Assembly (NCBI GenBank): GCA_963931495.1
Contig: OZ007020.1
Span: forward strand, 450,001 to 482,000
Origin: an uncultured Alphaproteobacteria bacterium
GTDB taxonomy: Bacteria > Pseudomonadota > Alphaproteobacteria > Rs-D84
Length of the DNA stretch: 32,000 bases
Reading direction: 5' to 3'
Shown: piece by piece, positions 7,459-15,249 of the stretch
How positions within the stretch are numbered: the first letter of the stretch is position 1
Layout of the letters: the number at the start of each line of letters is the position of its first letter
The notes under the pieces: model-generated
Told to the model about the DNA's origin: nothing
What the model saw: the letters and a program-made list of their open reading frames with translations, nothing else
The model's database searches: none
Position numbers and translations under genes: made by a program

Positions 7459-8286
7459 ATGACTTGGACAATTTTAATCCTGGTGATTGGTATTCTGTTG
7501 TTCTTGTTCGGTGGTATGTTGCTGGGCAAGGGTGACGACAAAAAACCATCTGCGGGAAAAATCGTTGCAAACAAATCTATCACATTAATTGCGATTATTT
7601 TAATTGCAGGCAGCATGTGCCGTCTGTATACACCGTATTATCTGACCGCGGTTAACCCGGCAATTGTACAGGAAATGATTACAGGTATGCAGGAACAGCA
7701 ACAGGCGGAAAAGAACAAGCAAATTCGCAAGTATGTTCGCGAAGAAGGTGACAGAATGATGCGTGATGCGCCGGTTCTGGGTAATCGCGATGCGAAAAAG
7801 ACAATCTATGTCTGGACAGACTTTTCTTGCCCATTCTGCCGTCGGGTTCATGGTGAACTGGATCGCGTGATGGCGAATCGTGATGATTTCCGCGTTGTTG
7901 TAAAGAACTTCTCTATCCATGGGGCTTTGTCTGATGCGCCGGCCAAGGCAGTTATTGCAGCAAACCTGCAAGATCCAGAAAAGGCCGCGGAACTGACAGA
8001 CATGCTGATGACGCGTGAATATTATACGCAAGCAGATTTGGAAGACCAAGCCAACGTGGCAGACAAGGTTGAAGCAAATGTTATGAAATTTGCCAAAGAA
8101 GTTGGATTGGATACAGAAAAATTGAAAGAAGATATGAACGGCGAAGTTGTTGCACGCGAATTGAGAAATGTACGTGATTTGGCACAACGCTTTGAAATCA
8201 ATGGTACACCGTTCTTGATTATCGGTGAACAGGCGTTCCCGGGTGCAATCCCAGCGGATCAAATTGAAGCCGCATTGAATGAATAA
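7459..8286 (+). CDS. membrane-anchored DsbA-family thiol:disulfide oxidoreductase
   Basis: An AAAGGAGAAAATA Shine-Dalgarno region precedes the ATG. There is an N-terminal TM helix (WTILILVIGILLFLFGGMLL). The thioredoxin-fold active site is WTDFSCPFCRRVH (CPFC). The C-terminal ...INGTPFLIIGEQAFPGA is typical of the DsbA family. Confidence 0.85.
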   Translation: MTWTILILVIGILLFLFGGMLLGKGDDKKPSAGKIVANKSITLIAIILIAGSMCRLYTPYYLTAVNPAIVQEMITGMQEQQQAEKNKQIRKYVREEGDRMMRDAPVLGNRDAKKTIYVWTDFSCPFCRRVHGELDRVMANRDDFRVVVKNFSIHGALSDAPAKAVIAANLQDPEKAAELTDMLMTREYYTQADLEDQANVADKVEANVMKFAKEVGLDTEKLKEDMNGEVVARELRNVRDLAQRFEINGTPFLIIGEQAFPGAIPADQIEAALNE

Positions 8287-8304
8287 ATCACTTGTTTGCA
8301 TGTT

Positions 8305-8337
8305 AAAAAAAATCGCCCAATTGGGCGATTTTTTTTG
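8305..8337 (+). terminator. rho-independent (bidirectional) terminator; ATCGCCCAATTGGGCGAT hairpin family
   Basis: AAAAAAAATCGCCCAATTGGGCGATTTTTTTT: a perfect 18-nt palindrome flanked by an A-run and a T-run. Confidence 0.75.
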
Positions 8338-8515
8338 TGGGATGTTTTTTATATTCGGGGCATGGGTGGAAACAATTGTCGGCCATGTGTGTTGCAGGGT
8401 ATTGGGTGATAATTTGCCCCCCGGACTGTGTTTTACAACGGCATAAAGGGGCGCGGGATTACTGTCTGGCGTATGTATCCGTAACTGGGGCGTATATTAT
8501 TATACCTTATTGAAT

Positions 8516-8539
8516 AAAAAAATCCGCCAATCGGCGGAT
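8516..8539 (-). terminator. rho-independent terminator of the rpsF-rpsR-rplI operon
   Basis: ATCCGCC-AATC-GGCGGAT hairpin. On the - strand it is followed by a T-run (the complement of AAAAAAA at 8515-8521), about 20 nt past the rplI stop. Confidence 0.7.
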
Positions 8540-8561
8540 TTTATGTGAAACACGTGCTGAA

Positions 8562-9185
8562 TTATTCAGCATCTGTACCGTTTTCTGGCGCTGGTTCTGA
8601 TGGTTGTTCAACCGGTGCTGGAACGGGTTGTTCATCTGTTTCTGCTGTACCAGACGCATTTTCTGATTCGTTGTTTTCATCAGTCTTTTTTGTTCCGAAT
8701 GTCAAAATTTTGCCGGCAACCAAGGCTTCTATTTCGTCTTGGGATTGTGCGACATATATTTTAACTGGAACAATAACGTCTGGGTGCAGGGCGATTTGTG
8801 TATCAAACGCCCCCACAGATTTAATCGGTGCGCCTAACATAACCTGGGCTGATTCAATATTGATACCGGTTAATTCTTTTAATGTGCGGGCAATATCACG
8901 TGTTGAAACCGAACCGTATAATTGGCCGGTATCACCCGCCTGGCGAATCATGTATAATTTTGCATTTTTGATTGCGTCAACATTGCCTTCGGCGGATTTG
9001 CGTGCCGCATCTTGACGTGCCTGTAATTCAGCCTTTTGTGCTTCAAACAGCGCGACGTTTTCGCGCGACCAACGCATGGCTTTGCCCAAAGGCAACAAAT
9101 AATTACGCGCGAATCCAGTCTTTACTTCAACCGTGTCGCCGATGTTGCCCAGTTTTGTAATTTTTTCTGTTAAAATAACTTTCAT
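8562..9185 (-). CDS. rplI: 50S ribosomal protein L9 with an acidic C-terminal extension
   Basis: The start is moved to ATG 9185. MKVILTEKITKLGNIGDTVEVKTGFARNYLLPLGKA is the canonical L9 N-terminal domain. The tail ...TKKTDENNESENASGTAETDEQPVPAPVEQPSEPAPENGTDAE is additional. Confidence 0.9.
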   Translation of the reverse strand: MKVILTEKITKLGNIGDTVEVKTGFARNYLLPLGKAMRWSRENVALFEAQKAELQARQDAARKSAEGNVDAIKNAKLYMIRQAGDTGQLYGSVSTRDIARTLKELTGINIESAQVMLGAPIKSVGAFDTQIALHPDVIVPVKIYVAQSQDEIEALVAGKILTFGTKKTDENNESENASGTAETDEQPVPAPVEQPSEPAPENGTDAE

Positions 9186-9236
9186 TGTATCTGTCCTTTG
9201 TTTCAAGTTAGGGATGTTTCCCAGATAATGTTTTGT

Positions 9237-9464
9237 TTATCCCAAGTTATTGCGAACAAACGGCATCAGTCCCAAATGACGCGCACGCTTAATCGCCTTG
9301 GCCAATTCGCGTTGATCTTTCTGTGAAACGCCACTGATACGTGACGGCACGATTTTACCGCGTTCGGTTATATAATGTGATAAAGTCTTGATGTCTTTAT
9401 AGTCAATCACTTTGCCCTTTAATGGGTTAGACTTTTTACGATAAATTGCTGCACGAACTGCCAT
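9237..9464 (-). CDS. rpsR: 30S ribosomal protein S18
   Basis: ...[50 protein letters not shown] is the canonical S18 core. The start codon overlaps the rpsF stop (TAATG). Confidence 0.95.
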   Translation of the reverse strand: MAVRAAIYRKKSNPLKGKVIDYKDIKTLSHYITERGKIVPSRISGVSQKDQRELAKAIKRARHLGLMPFVRNNLG

Positions 9465-9802
9465 TATTCCACCTCTTCATTATTTTTTTTCATCATCACA
9501 GACGGTGTGGTCGCTAATTCTTTGACACGCACGTTCAAGAAACGAATTACGTCTTCGTCAATGCGTGCGCGACGTTCATATTCTGCAACTTTATCGCCCG
9601 GCAATTCAATGTTCAACATGACATAGTGTGCCTTGCGATTCTTGCGGATTATATAGGCCAAATTCTTCAAGCCCCAAAATTCTGTGGATTTAACATCACC
9701 GCCCAGTTCGCGAATAATGTCAGTGTATTTTGCCGCTTTTTCTTTGACCTGCGGTTCGGTCAAGTCCTGGCGAAAAACCAAGACGCTTTCATAGTAAGCC
9801 AT
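9464..9802 (-). CDS. rpsF: 30S ribosomal protein S6
   Basis: [14 protein letters not shown]...[24 protein letters not shown] is the canonical S6 sequence. It is the first gene of the rpsF-rpsR-rplI operon. Confidence 0.95.
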   Translation of the reverse strand: MAYYESVLVFRQDLTEPQVKEKAAKYTDIIRELGGDVKSTEFWGLKNLAYIIRKNRKAHYVMLNIELPGDKVAEYERRARIDEDVIRFLNVRVKELATTPSVMMKKNNEEVE

Positions 9803-9966
9803 CTATATTTTCCTTTGGTTTACACAGCCGGCAACCCCATGTCGCCAGCAGGAATCCCACCAATTATGACGAAAAATTTAATAAAATCAAGTGTTTTGTA
9901 AATTTGATTAATCTGGCATGGATTTTTATGTGTATTTGTGTCATAATTATTCGTAACGGGCAGAGA

Positions 9967-10878
9967 ATGAAGTTCTTATACGGTGTTTTTATTGGGGTAA
10001 TGGCTGTTTTGCCGAATCTTGCCCATGGGGCGGGTTTTGTTACGCATACTGTTATGTGGGATGTTGAAGATACGCCTGATATAGGTGGCCAGGATGCATA
10101 TGATGAATATATGAAGGGCCTGTTTTGCAAAGATGGTGCCGGTGCGATAACTGTTGGTGAAAATGGTATAGAAGTATTATGTGAATCATGGAAAAGTGCA
10201 GAACCGGCAGATGCGGATATTAAAAGTGCCCATGGAATTGCGCTGTGTCGTGCACAGTGTGCCGAAAATGGTGAAATATACGTGTCTGGCACGGGTGGTG
10301 ATGATTGCCGATGTCGGCCGGCCCCATCCCAGGACCCAGAAATAATTGAACTTGAAGCATCTGTAAACCGCCAGGTGGCCAGCCGTACAAATCGCCAGAT
10401 TAACAGGGATGTAAACAGTTTGGTTAATGAAGCGGACAAGGAGTTAAGCAGTCAAATTCGTGATGAATTGCGTAATCAAAAGTCCGATTTACGGGCGGGG
10501 GCGAAAGAATCTGATTCCGCAATGTCAGAACTGACGGCGGCGGTAAATCGCGACGTTCTGGAAAGCGAAATGAGAAATCCGGACATTGACCAGATTGATA
10601 GTGATGTCGCGAAAATGAATGAAGATCTAGATAAACAGCTGGACAAGCAACTGGAATGCGAAAGTCGTAATCCGCCAATGGGGGTAAAGAAAAACGCGCT
10701 GGGGTTGTGGGTTTGCACAGAAACAGAAGACACGATTGCGGCACGCGAGCAGAAAAAGGCAAATAACAAAGCCTTAAAGGCATTCTGGGACGATATTGAT
10801 GATATTGAACGTGCGTTTAATCGTCGCGTTCGTCAATTGCGTCGTGTGGCGAATGCAGATAATGGGGGCGACCAATGA
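9967..10878 (+). CDS. secreted protein with a Cys-containing N-terminal domain and a long charged coiled coil (unknown function)
   Basis: The start is moved to ATG 9967, giving signal peptide MKFLYGVFIGVMAVLPNLAHG|AG. The N-terminal domain contains ...CRAQCAENGEIYVSGTGGDDCRCRP. The rest is D/E/R/N/Q-rich helical sequence. The stop overlaps the next start (ATGA at 10875), suggesting translational coupling. Confidence 0.7.
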   Translation: MKFLYGVFIGVMAVLPNLAHGAGFVTHTVMWDVEDTPDIGGQDAYDEYMKGLFCKDGAGAITVGENGIEVLCESWKSAEPADADIKSAHGIALCRAQCAENGEIYVSGTGGDDCRCRPAPSQDPEIIELEASVNRQVASRTNRQINRDVNSLVNEADKELSSQIRDELRNQKSDLRAGAKESDSAMSELTAAVNRDVLESEMRNPDIDQIDSDVAKMNEDLDKQLDKQLECESRNPPMGVKKNALGLWVCTETEDTIAAREQKKANNKALKAFWDDIDDIERAFNRRVRQLRRVANADNGGDQ

Positions 10879-12545
10879 AACGAAATTTAATCGCCACATT
10901 AATGATGTTATTTCCCATTGTTGCGTTTGGGGGCCCAGATTTGTCGGCAATTGAATCAGCGCAAACAATGGATGAATTAAAGACGGCATATAAAGACGCG
11001 GTGGAAAATGTTATTACAGAAAACAAGGATAAAGTTGATTCATTTGAATTGATTTCTGCGCGCACACAGTACCAGGAAAATATAGTCGCGCTGGATGAAG
11101 ATGCGGCAACGTTAACAAATAACACGGATGCAAAAAATCAACAAAGTGAAGATGCCCCGGCAAAGATTCTTTCGCAAGAAGATTCGTTGGCCCAGATTTC
11201 GGAATTACAGGCGAATGCGGACGCGATGCGTGACAAAGAACAATCAACAGCGAACAAGATACTGGGGGCTGCCGGCATTGGTGCAACAGGTATTGGATTA
11301 ATGCAAACAGCATCTGCGTTGGCGCAACAGAATGCATCAAATGATGCGACACGCGATATGACGGCATACCTGGCAACATTCCGGTGTGACTATGGTTCTG
11401 GTCGCAACATCAGTGGTGGTGAAACGGGCATAACGTTACCTGGGGGGAACCAGTTATTACCACTGTATACAGAATATATAACATTGGCATCAGACTTAAA
11501 GACGCGTAAAGAAGCATTGGGATTAAGTCCTGGCATAGAATCCGAGATAATACAAGACAGTGCGACATCTGGGTTATACGACAATGTATCGTTGGGTCGC
11601 GGTGATGGTGTATATGTATCATTGGCGGCGGCGTTATCTGATCCGACTGGACCTGCGGCGGCGGCATGGGCGGCGCAACAATCTGCGACATCGGAACAAT
11701 TACAAACAGGTTTAATAACGGCTGGGGTTGGTACATTGGCCAGTATAATTGGCAATATTGCGATAAATGAAAACAAAAAATCACCCCAGAATTTAACTGA
11801 TGACATCATCGCAAAGTATGATGCCAAGCGTACGGTTATCAAAGAAGATTTGTCTGGAACCGAAGAAGATTCAAAACAAGATGCAGAAGATGCCGTGCCG
11901 GCGCCAGAAGATGGCAAGGCGCCGTCTGGAGGGCATACGGAATATTTGATTAATGCGCAACAGGCGTGTGAAGCGTTGTCTGGGAAATGGGATGCGGTTG
12001 CAGAAATATGTCATTGTGCGGGTTACCAAATATGGGATAACTATGCATTAACATGTCTGGATGATGACGCACCGTATGATGATGTGGTGCCCCAGCCGGT
12101 TAATAAACCAATTGTTACACTGTATGCGGAATCATTGTTTGACAGTGGCAAGGTACAGGTTAAATCACCAACAGATAAACTGGATGATGTGATTGATTCA
12201 ATAAAAAATGAAATTGCAACCGATACCGGGGTAGAAATATTGTTGGTTGCGCATACAGACAGTGACAAGATAATCCAAAGTGCAAATTTATGTGCGCGTG
12301 ATAAAATATGCACAAATCAATCACTGTCGGTGGCGCGGGCGGAATCTGTACGCGGTTATATTCAAAATAAATGGGCAGATATGCCGGCCGGTATAAGTAT
12401 AACAATTCGTGGTGTTGGTGATCAATGTGCCAATCCGAACAGTTCTGATGCGCAAAAAGCACTGGAACGCAAGGTTGATTTCTATGTGTTCTTTAACGGT
12501 GAAGACACGGATAATATTGATGTATGCAGTGTCGGAACAAATTGA
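10875..12545 (+). CDS. secreted or membrane protein with a divergent C-terminal OmpA-like domain (unknown function)
   Basis: The signal peptide is MKRNLIATLMMLFPIVAFGG. Internal Gly/Ala hydrophobic segments are present (ILGAAGIGATGIGLMQTASALA; GLITAGVGTLASIIGNIAI). The C-terminus reads ...LFDSGKVQVKSPTDKLDDVIDSI...EILLVAHTDSDKI...NQSLSVARAESVRGYI...ITIRGVGDQ...LERKVDFYVF. This follows the OmpA_C pattern (FdsGk...GHTD...N..LS..RA..V...G.G...NRRVe) with insertions. Confidence 0.75.
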   Translation: MKRNLIATLMMLFPIVAFGGPDLSAIESAQTMDELKTAYKDAVENVITENKDKVDSFELISARTQYQENIVALDEDAATLTNNTDAKNQQSEDAPAKILSQEDSLAQISELQANADAMRDKEQSTANKILGAAGIGATGIGLMQTASALAQQNASNDATRDMTAYLATFRCDYGSGRNISGGETGITLPGGNQLLPLYTEYITLASDLKTRKEALGLSPGIESEIIQDSATSGLYDNVSLGRGDGVYVSLAAALSDPTGPAAAAWAAQQSATSEQLQTGLITAGVGTLASIIGNIAINENKKSPQNLTDDIIAKYDAKRTVIKEDLSGTEEDSKQDAEDAVPAPEDGKAPSGGHTEYLINAQQACEALSGKWDAVAEICHCAGYQIWDNYALTCLDDDAPYDDVVPQPVNKPIVTLYAESLFDSGKVQVKSPTDKLDDVIDSIKNEIATDTGVEILLVAHTDSDKIIQSANLCARDKICTNQSLSVARAESVRGYIQNKWADMPAGISITIRGVGDQCANPNSSDAQKALERKVDFYVFFNGEDTDNIDVCSVGTN

Positions 12546-12555
12546 TTAAAGATTG

Positions 12556-12585
12556 TTGACTTGCCTTTATAAAATTTACTATCAT
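12556..12585 (+). promoter_or_regulatory. sigma70-like promoter candidate for the MotA/MotB-like pair
   Basis: TTGACT (12556-12561), an 18-nt spacer, then TATCAT (12580-12585), about 26 nt upstream of ATG 12612. Confidence 0.4.
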
Positions 12586-12611
12586 TTCTGTAAAGACAGA
12601 GAGAAACGCAC

Positions 12612-13367
12612 ATGAATAATCAATTTCATCATGCACTGAACAGAATGGCTTTCTTTACAGCATTGTTGGTGGCGGGGCTGATTTTATTTTATCGGCCGTT
12701 TCTGGGGATTGCCAGTGCGAACGTTGTTTTGAACGGCATTATTATTGGAACAATTTTATTCGGAATTGGGTTATGTTTTGTTGAAATGTTCAAATTGTTG
12801 CCGGAATATCGCTGGGCGCGGGCGTATTTTTCGGGACGGCGCAATGCGCCATTACCACCACGATTATTACGTTCTGTCGCGATTTTGTTGCGTTCGCGGC
12901 CACGTCGGATTTATGCGTCAACACTGAATGGAATGTTGGAAATGATTCAATTGCGCTTTGACGATTCGCGTGAATCTGTGCGGTATATAACAAATACGTT
13001 GATATTCTTGGGACTGTTGGGGACGTTTTGGGGATTGATAATAACCGTTGGTGGTTTCGCCGATTTAATTGGTGCATTGGATTTTTCAGACGAATCTGTT
13101 TTGCAAACGATGCAGGCGGGATTGACCGGGCCACTGGCGGGAATGGCGACCGCGTTTACCAGTTCGCTGATGGGACTGGCGGGCAGTTTGATCGTCGGAT
13201 TCTTGGGGTTACAGGTGCAATCGGCCCAGAATTCTATATTCCGCGATGTTGAAGATTATTTGGCGGCGCATACCAGTACGGCAATTCCGGATAATGAACG
13301 CGTTATCGCGGCAATATCAGGGGATGATGTTAATAATGAATCAAAGCGCAATGTAGTAAAACGTTAA
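12612..13367 (+). CDS. MotA/TolQ/ExbB-family proton-channel protein
   Basis: Four predicted TM segments. The family signature lies in the C-terminal half: TLIFLGLLGTFWGLIITVGGF ... GPLAGMATAFTSSLMGLAGSLIVGFLGL, compared with the LGLLGT..G and A..TT..GL motifs of ExbB/TolQ/MotA. Confidence 0.8.
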   Translation: MNNQFHHALNRMAFFTALLVAGLILFYRPFLGIASANVVLNGIIIGTILFGIGLCFVEMFKLLPEYRWARAYFSGRRNAPLPPRLLRSVAILLRSRPRRIYASTLNGMLEMIQLRFDDSRESVRYITNTLIFLGLLGTFWGLIITVGGFADLIGALDFSDESVLQTMQAGLTGPLAGMATAFTSSLMGLAGSLIVGFLGLQVQSAQNSIFRDVEDYLAAHTSTAIPDNERVIAAISGDDVNNESKRNVVKR

Positions 13368-13391
13368 AAGTGTGTGCACAGGGGGGAACAG

Positions 13392-14504
13392 ATGATGAAT
13401 TTCAGATTTCGTAACCAGACAAATGCATGGCCGGCATTTGTGGATTTGTTTTCAAATCTGGTGATAATTTTAATATTTTTATTAATTGTGTTCGTGTTTC
13501 TGTGGACGACAACCAGTGTGTTTAATAAAGATTCTGGGGCCAAGGCGGTTGCGGATTTGCGGGCAACGAATGAAGAACAGGCGGCACGTATTGTGCAAAT
13601 GACCGCGGATGAAGAAGAGGCCAAGCGTTTGTTAATCTTGGCGCGTAATGAATTGGAAAACTTGGCGGCCAGTAATACAGAACTGACCAATGAACTGCAA
13701 CAGGTGGATGTCAGTATGGATGAACTGATTGCGGATTACGAAGCCAAAGTGGCCGAATTACAATCCCAGGGTACGGATTTACAGGACCAGGTTGCATCAT
13801 TGACCACGCAATTAAATCAGGCCAAACTGGATAAACAAAAAACGGCCGAACTGGAACAAGAACGCCGCGAATTACAGGCACAGATGACGGCCCAGCGTGC
13901 GGAATTGGCCGAACAGTTGAATAAATTAAACGCGGCACTGGATGCGGCAGAGGCGGCCGCCCATGAAAAAGATATTCAATATGTTGAAATGTCTGAACGT
14001 CTTAATAAAGCCTTGGCGGACAAGGTGGCGGAGTTAAATGATGTTGCACAGTACCAATCGGAATTCTATCGTGCAATCAAAGATGCGCTGGGGGATGAAC
14101 GATTCGTTCAGCCAGATGGTGACCGTTTCATAATTGCCAGTGATATTTTGTTCAGCAGTGGTTCATATACGTTGTCACCCGAAGGTAAAAATCAATTGCG
14201 CTTGATTGCAAATGTAATCAAGGATTTGGAAAATGTTATCCCGACGAATATCAATTGGATAATTCGGGTGGATGGTCATACGGATCGTCAACAGGTTATG
14301 TCTGGGACGCGTGCATTCAAAAATAATATGGAATTATCATTGTTGCGTGCAAACGCGGTCACAGATGAATTGGTTGCCAATGGGGTGTCGCCACGTCGCT
14401 TGGTCCCCAGTGGTTTCGGCGATTTGCACCCGGTGACATTGGGCACCGATACAGACAGTATGCAGCAAAATCGTCGCATAGAATTGCAATTAACCAACAG
14501 GTGA
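13392..14504 (+). CDS. MotB-like protein: N-terminal Asp-containing TM helix, long coiled coil and C-terminal OmpA/MotB peptidoglycan-binding domain
   Basis: The start is moved to ATG 13392, with a GGGGGGA SD at 13381-13387. The TM helix is AWPAFVDLFSNLVIILIFLLIVFVFLW, and its Asp sits where the MotB/TolR/ExbD protonatable Asp is found. About 190 aa of Q/E/L/A heptad-like sequence follow. The OmpA_C domain reads FSSGSYTLSPEGKNQL...IRVDGHTDRQQV...NMELSLLRANAV...GFGDLHPV...NRRIELQL. Confidence 0.85.
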   Translation: MMNFRFRNQTNAWPAFVDLFSNLVIILIFLLIVFVFLWTTTSVFNKDSGAKAVADLRATNEEQAARIVQMTADEEEAKRLLILARNELENLAASNTELTNELQQVDVSMDELIADYEAKVAELQSQGTDLQDQVASLTTQLNQAKLDKQKTAELEQERRELQAQMTAQRAELAEQLNKLNAALDAAEAAAHEKDIQYVEMSERLNKALADKVAELNDVAQYQSEFYRAIKDALGDERFVQPDGDRFIIASDILFSSGSYTLSPEGKNQLRLIANVIKDLENVIPTNINWIIRVDGHTDRQQVMSGTRAFKNNMELSLLRANAVTDELVANGVSPRRLVPSGFGDLHPVTLGTDTDSMQQNRRIELQLTNR

Positions 14505-14534
14505 TATTTTAACTGTTGTGATAAATATTATTAT

Positions 14535-14576
14535 GCCTGTCATTTTCCATATATGCTGGAATGACAGGCTTTATTT
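14535..14576 (+). terminator. rho-independent terminator between convergent genes
   Basis: GCCTGTCATT (14535-14544) pairs with AATGACAGGC (14560-14569), giving a 10-bp stem followed by TTTATTT. Confidence 0.7.
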
Positions 14577-14655
14577 ATGCACAACAGTTTGACTGATATT
14601 ATTTATCAGGCCCGCCGTATGGCGCGCGGCGTGCGTTGTAAGTTTGGAATGTATT

Positions 14656-15042
14656 TTACGCGGGGAACATATCACCGTAATATATCGTATTGCCAATCTG
14701 GACATTCAGTGATGGCACGGTCAGTTTTGCCGTGCGCAGATATAAAATATATTCGCCAATATGTAACACGCGCCCACAATCATCCGCACTATCTGATCCC
14801 AGTGGTGAATACATATTATCGGGACATTGTGTTATCCCAGAATCTGCGGATGATTCTGTAAACGTCCCACCGGGACAATAATGATTACGTGGACATTGTG
14901 TGCATTGTTGACTGTTTGCGGGTAAATAATATCCCGGATTACAAGATATTTCTTCTATTTCCATCGGAATACAGTCATCAATACTGTCGTGATCGGCCGC
15001 CGTATCACCAATCGTGCCGGTCCCCGCGGGACACGGGGTACA
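14656..15042 (-). repeat. right arm of the 387-bp inverted repeat (partner 6002..6388)
   Basis: The reverse complement is near-identical to 6002..6388 and encodes CTPCPAGTGTIGDTAADHDSIDDC...GNTIYYGDMFPA. Confidence 0.85.
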
Positions 15043-15249
15043 AGAAAAGTATGTACCACTTTCTTCTTGATATGTATTCGTTGGGCAAGTGCAACACATA
15101 TATGCGCCTTCGCCATCTGCTGGCGATGGTGCATTATACATTCCCGCCTGGCAATTCGTCCCCCCCGGCCTGGCGGGTGGCATGCAAATGCCCCATGCTG
15201 AATTATATGCTGTACACACGACAACAATGGCGATAAATATCTTTTTCAT
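14656..15249 (-). CDS. small secreted Cys-rich protein, paralogue B
   Basis: The start is moved from 15327 to ATG 15249, giving signal peptide MKKIFIAIVVVCTAYNSAWG. The N-terminal roughly 55 mature residues (ICMPPARPGGTNCQAGMYNAPSPADGEGAYMCCTCPTNTYQEESGTYFS) are unrelated to copy A. The C-terminal 128 aa are almost identical to copy A. Confidence 0.85.
   Translation of the reverse strand: MKKIFIAIVVVCTAYNSAWGICMPPARPGGTNCQAGMYNAPSPADGEGAYMCCTCPTNTYQEESGTYFSCTPCPAGTGTIGDTAADHDSIDDCIPMEIEEISCNPGYYLPANSQQCTQCPRNHYCPGGTFTESSADSGITQCPDNMYSPLGSDSADDCGRVLHIGEYILYLRTAKLTVPSLNVQIGNTIYYGDMFPA

Noticed and set aside
8338-8515. A 180-bp unassigned spacer between two terminators, considered for a small RNA or micro-ORF (for example MGGNNCRPCVLQGIG).
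   Set aside because: It has no convincing promoter, SD, stable hairpin set or similarity to any RNA family I can recognise by eye. A 12-mer shared with 25674-25685 (GGGGCATGGGTG) is within chance expectation for a 32-kb window.
12612-14504. The MotA/MotB-like pair considered as a Zorya anti-phage system or as a flagellar, Tol or Ton stator.
   Set aside because: The ZorA hallmark, a long C-terminal coiled-coil tail on the MotA-like subunit, is absent, as are ZorC/D-like genes. There are no flagellar, TolA/B/Pal or TonB genes adjacent. It is kept as an unclassified stator-like pair instead.
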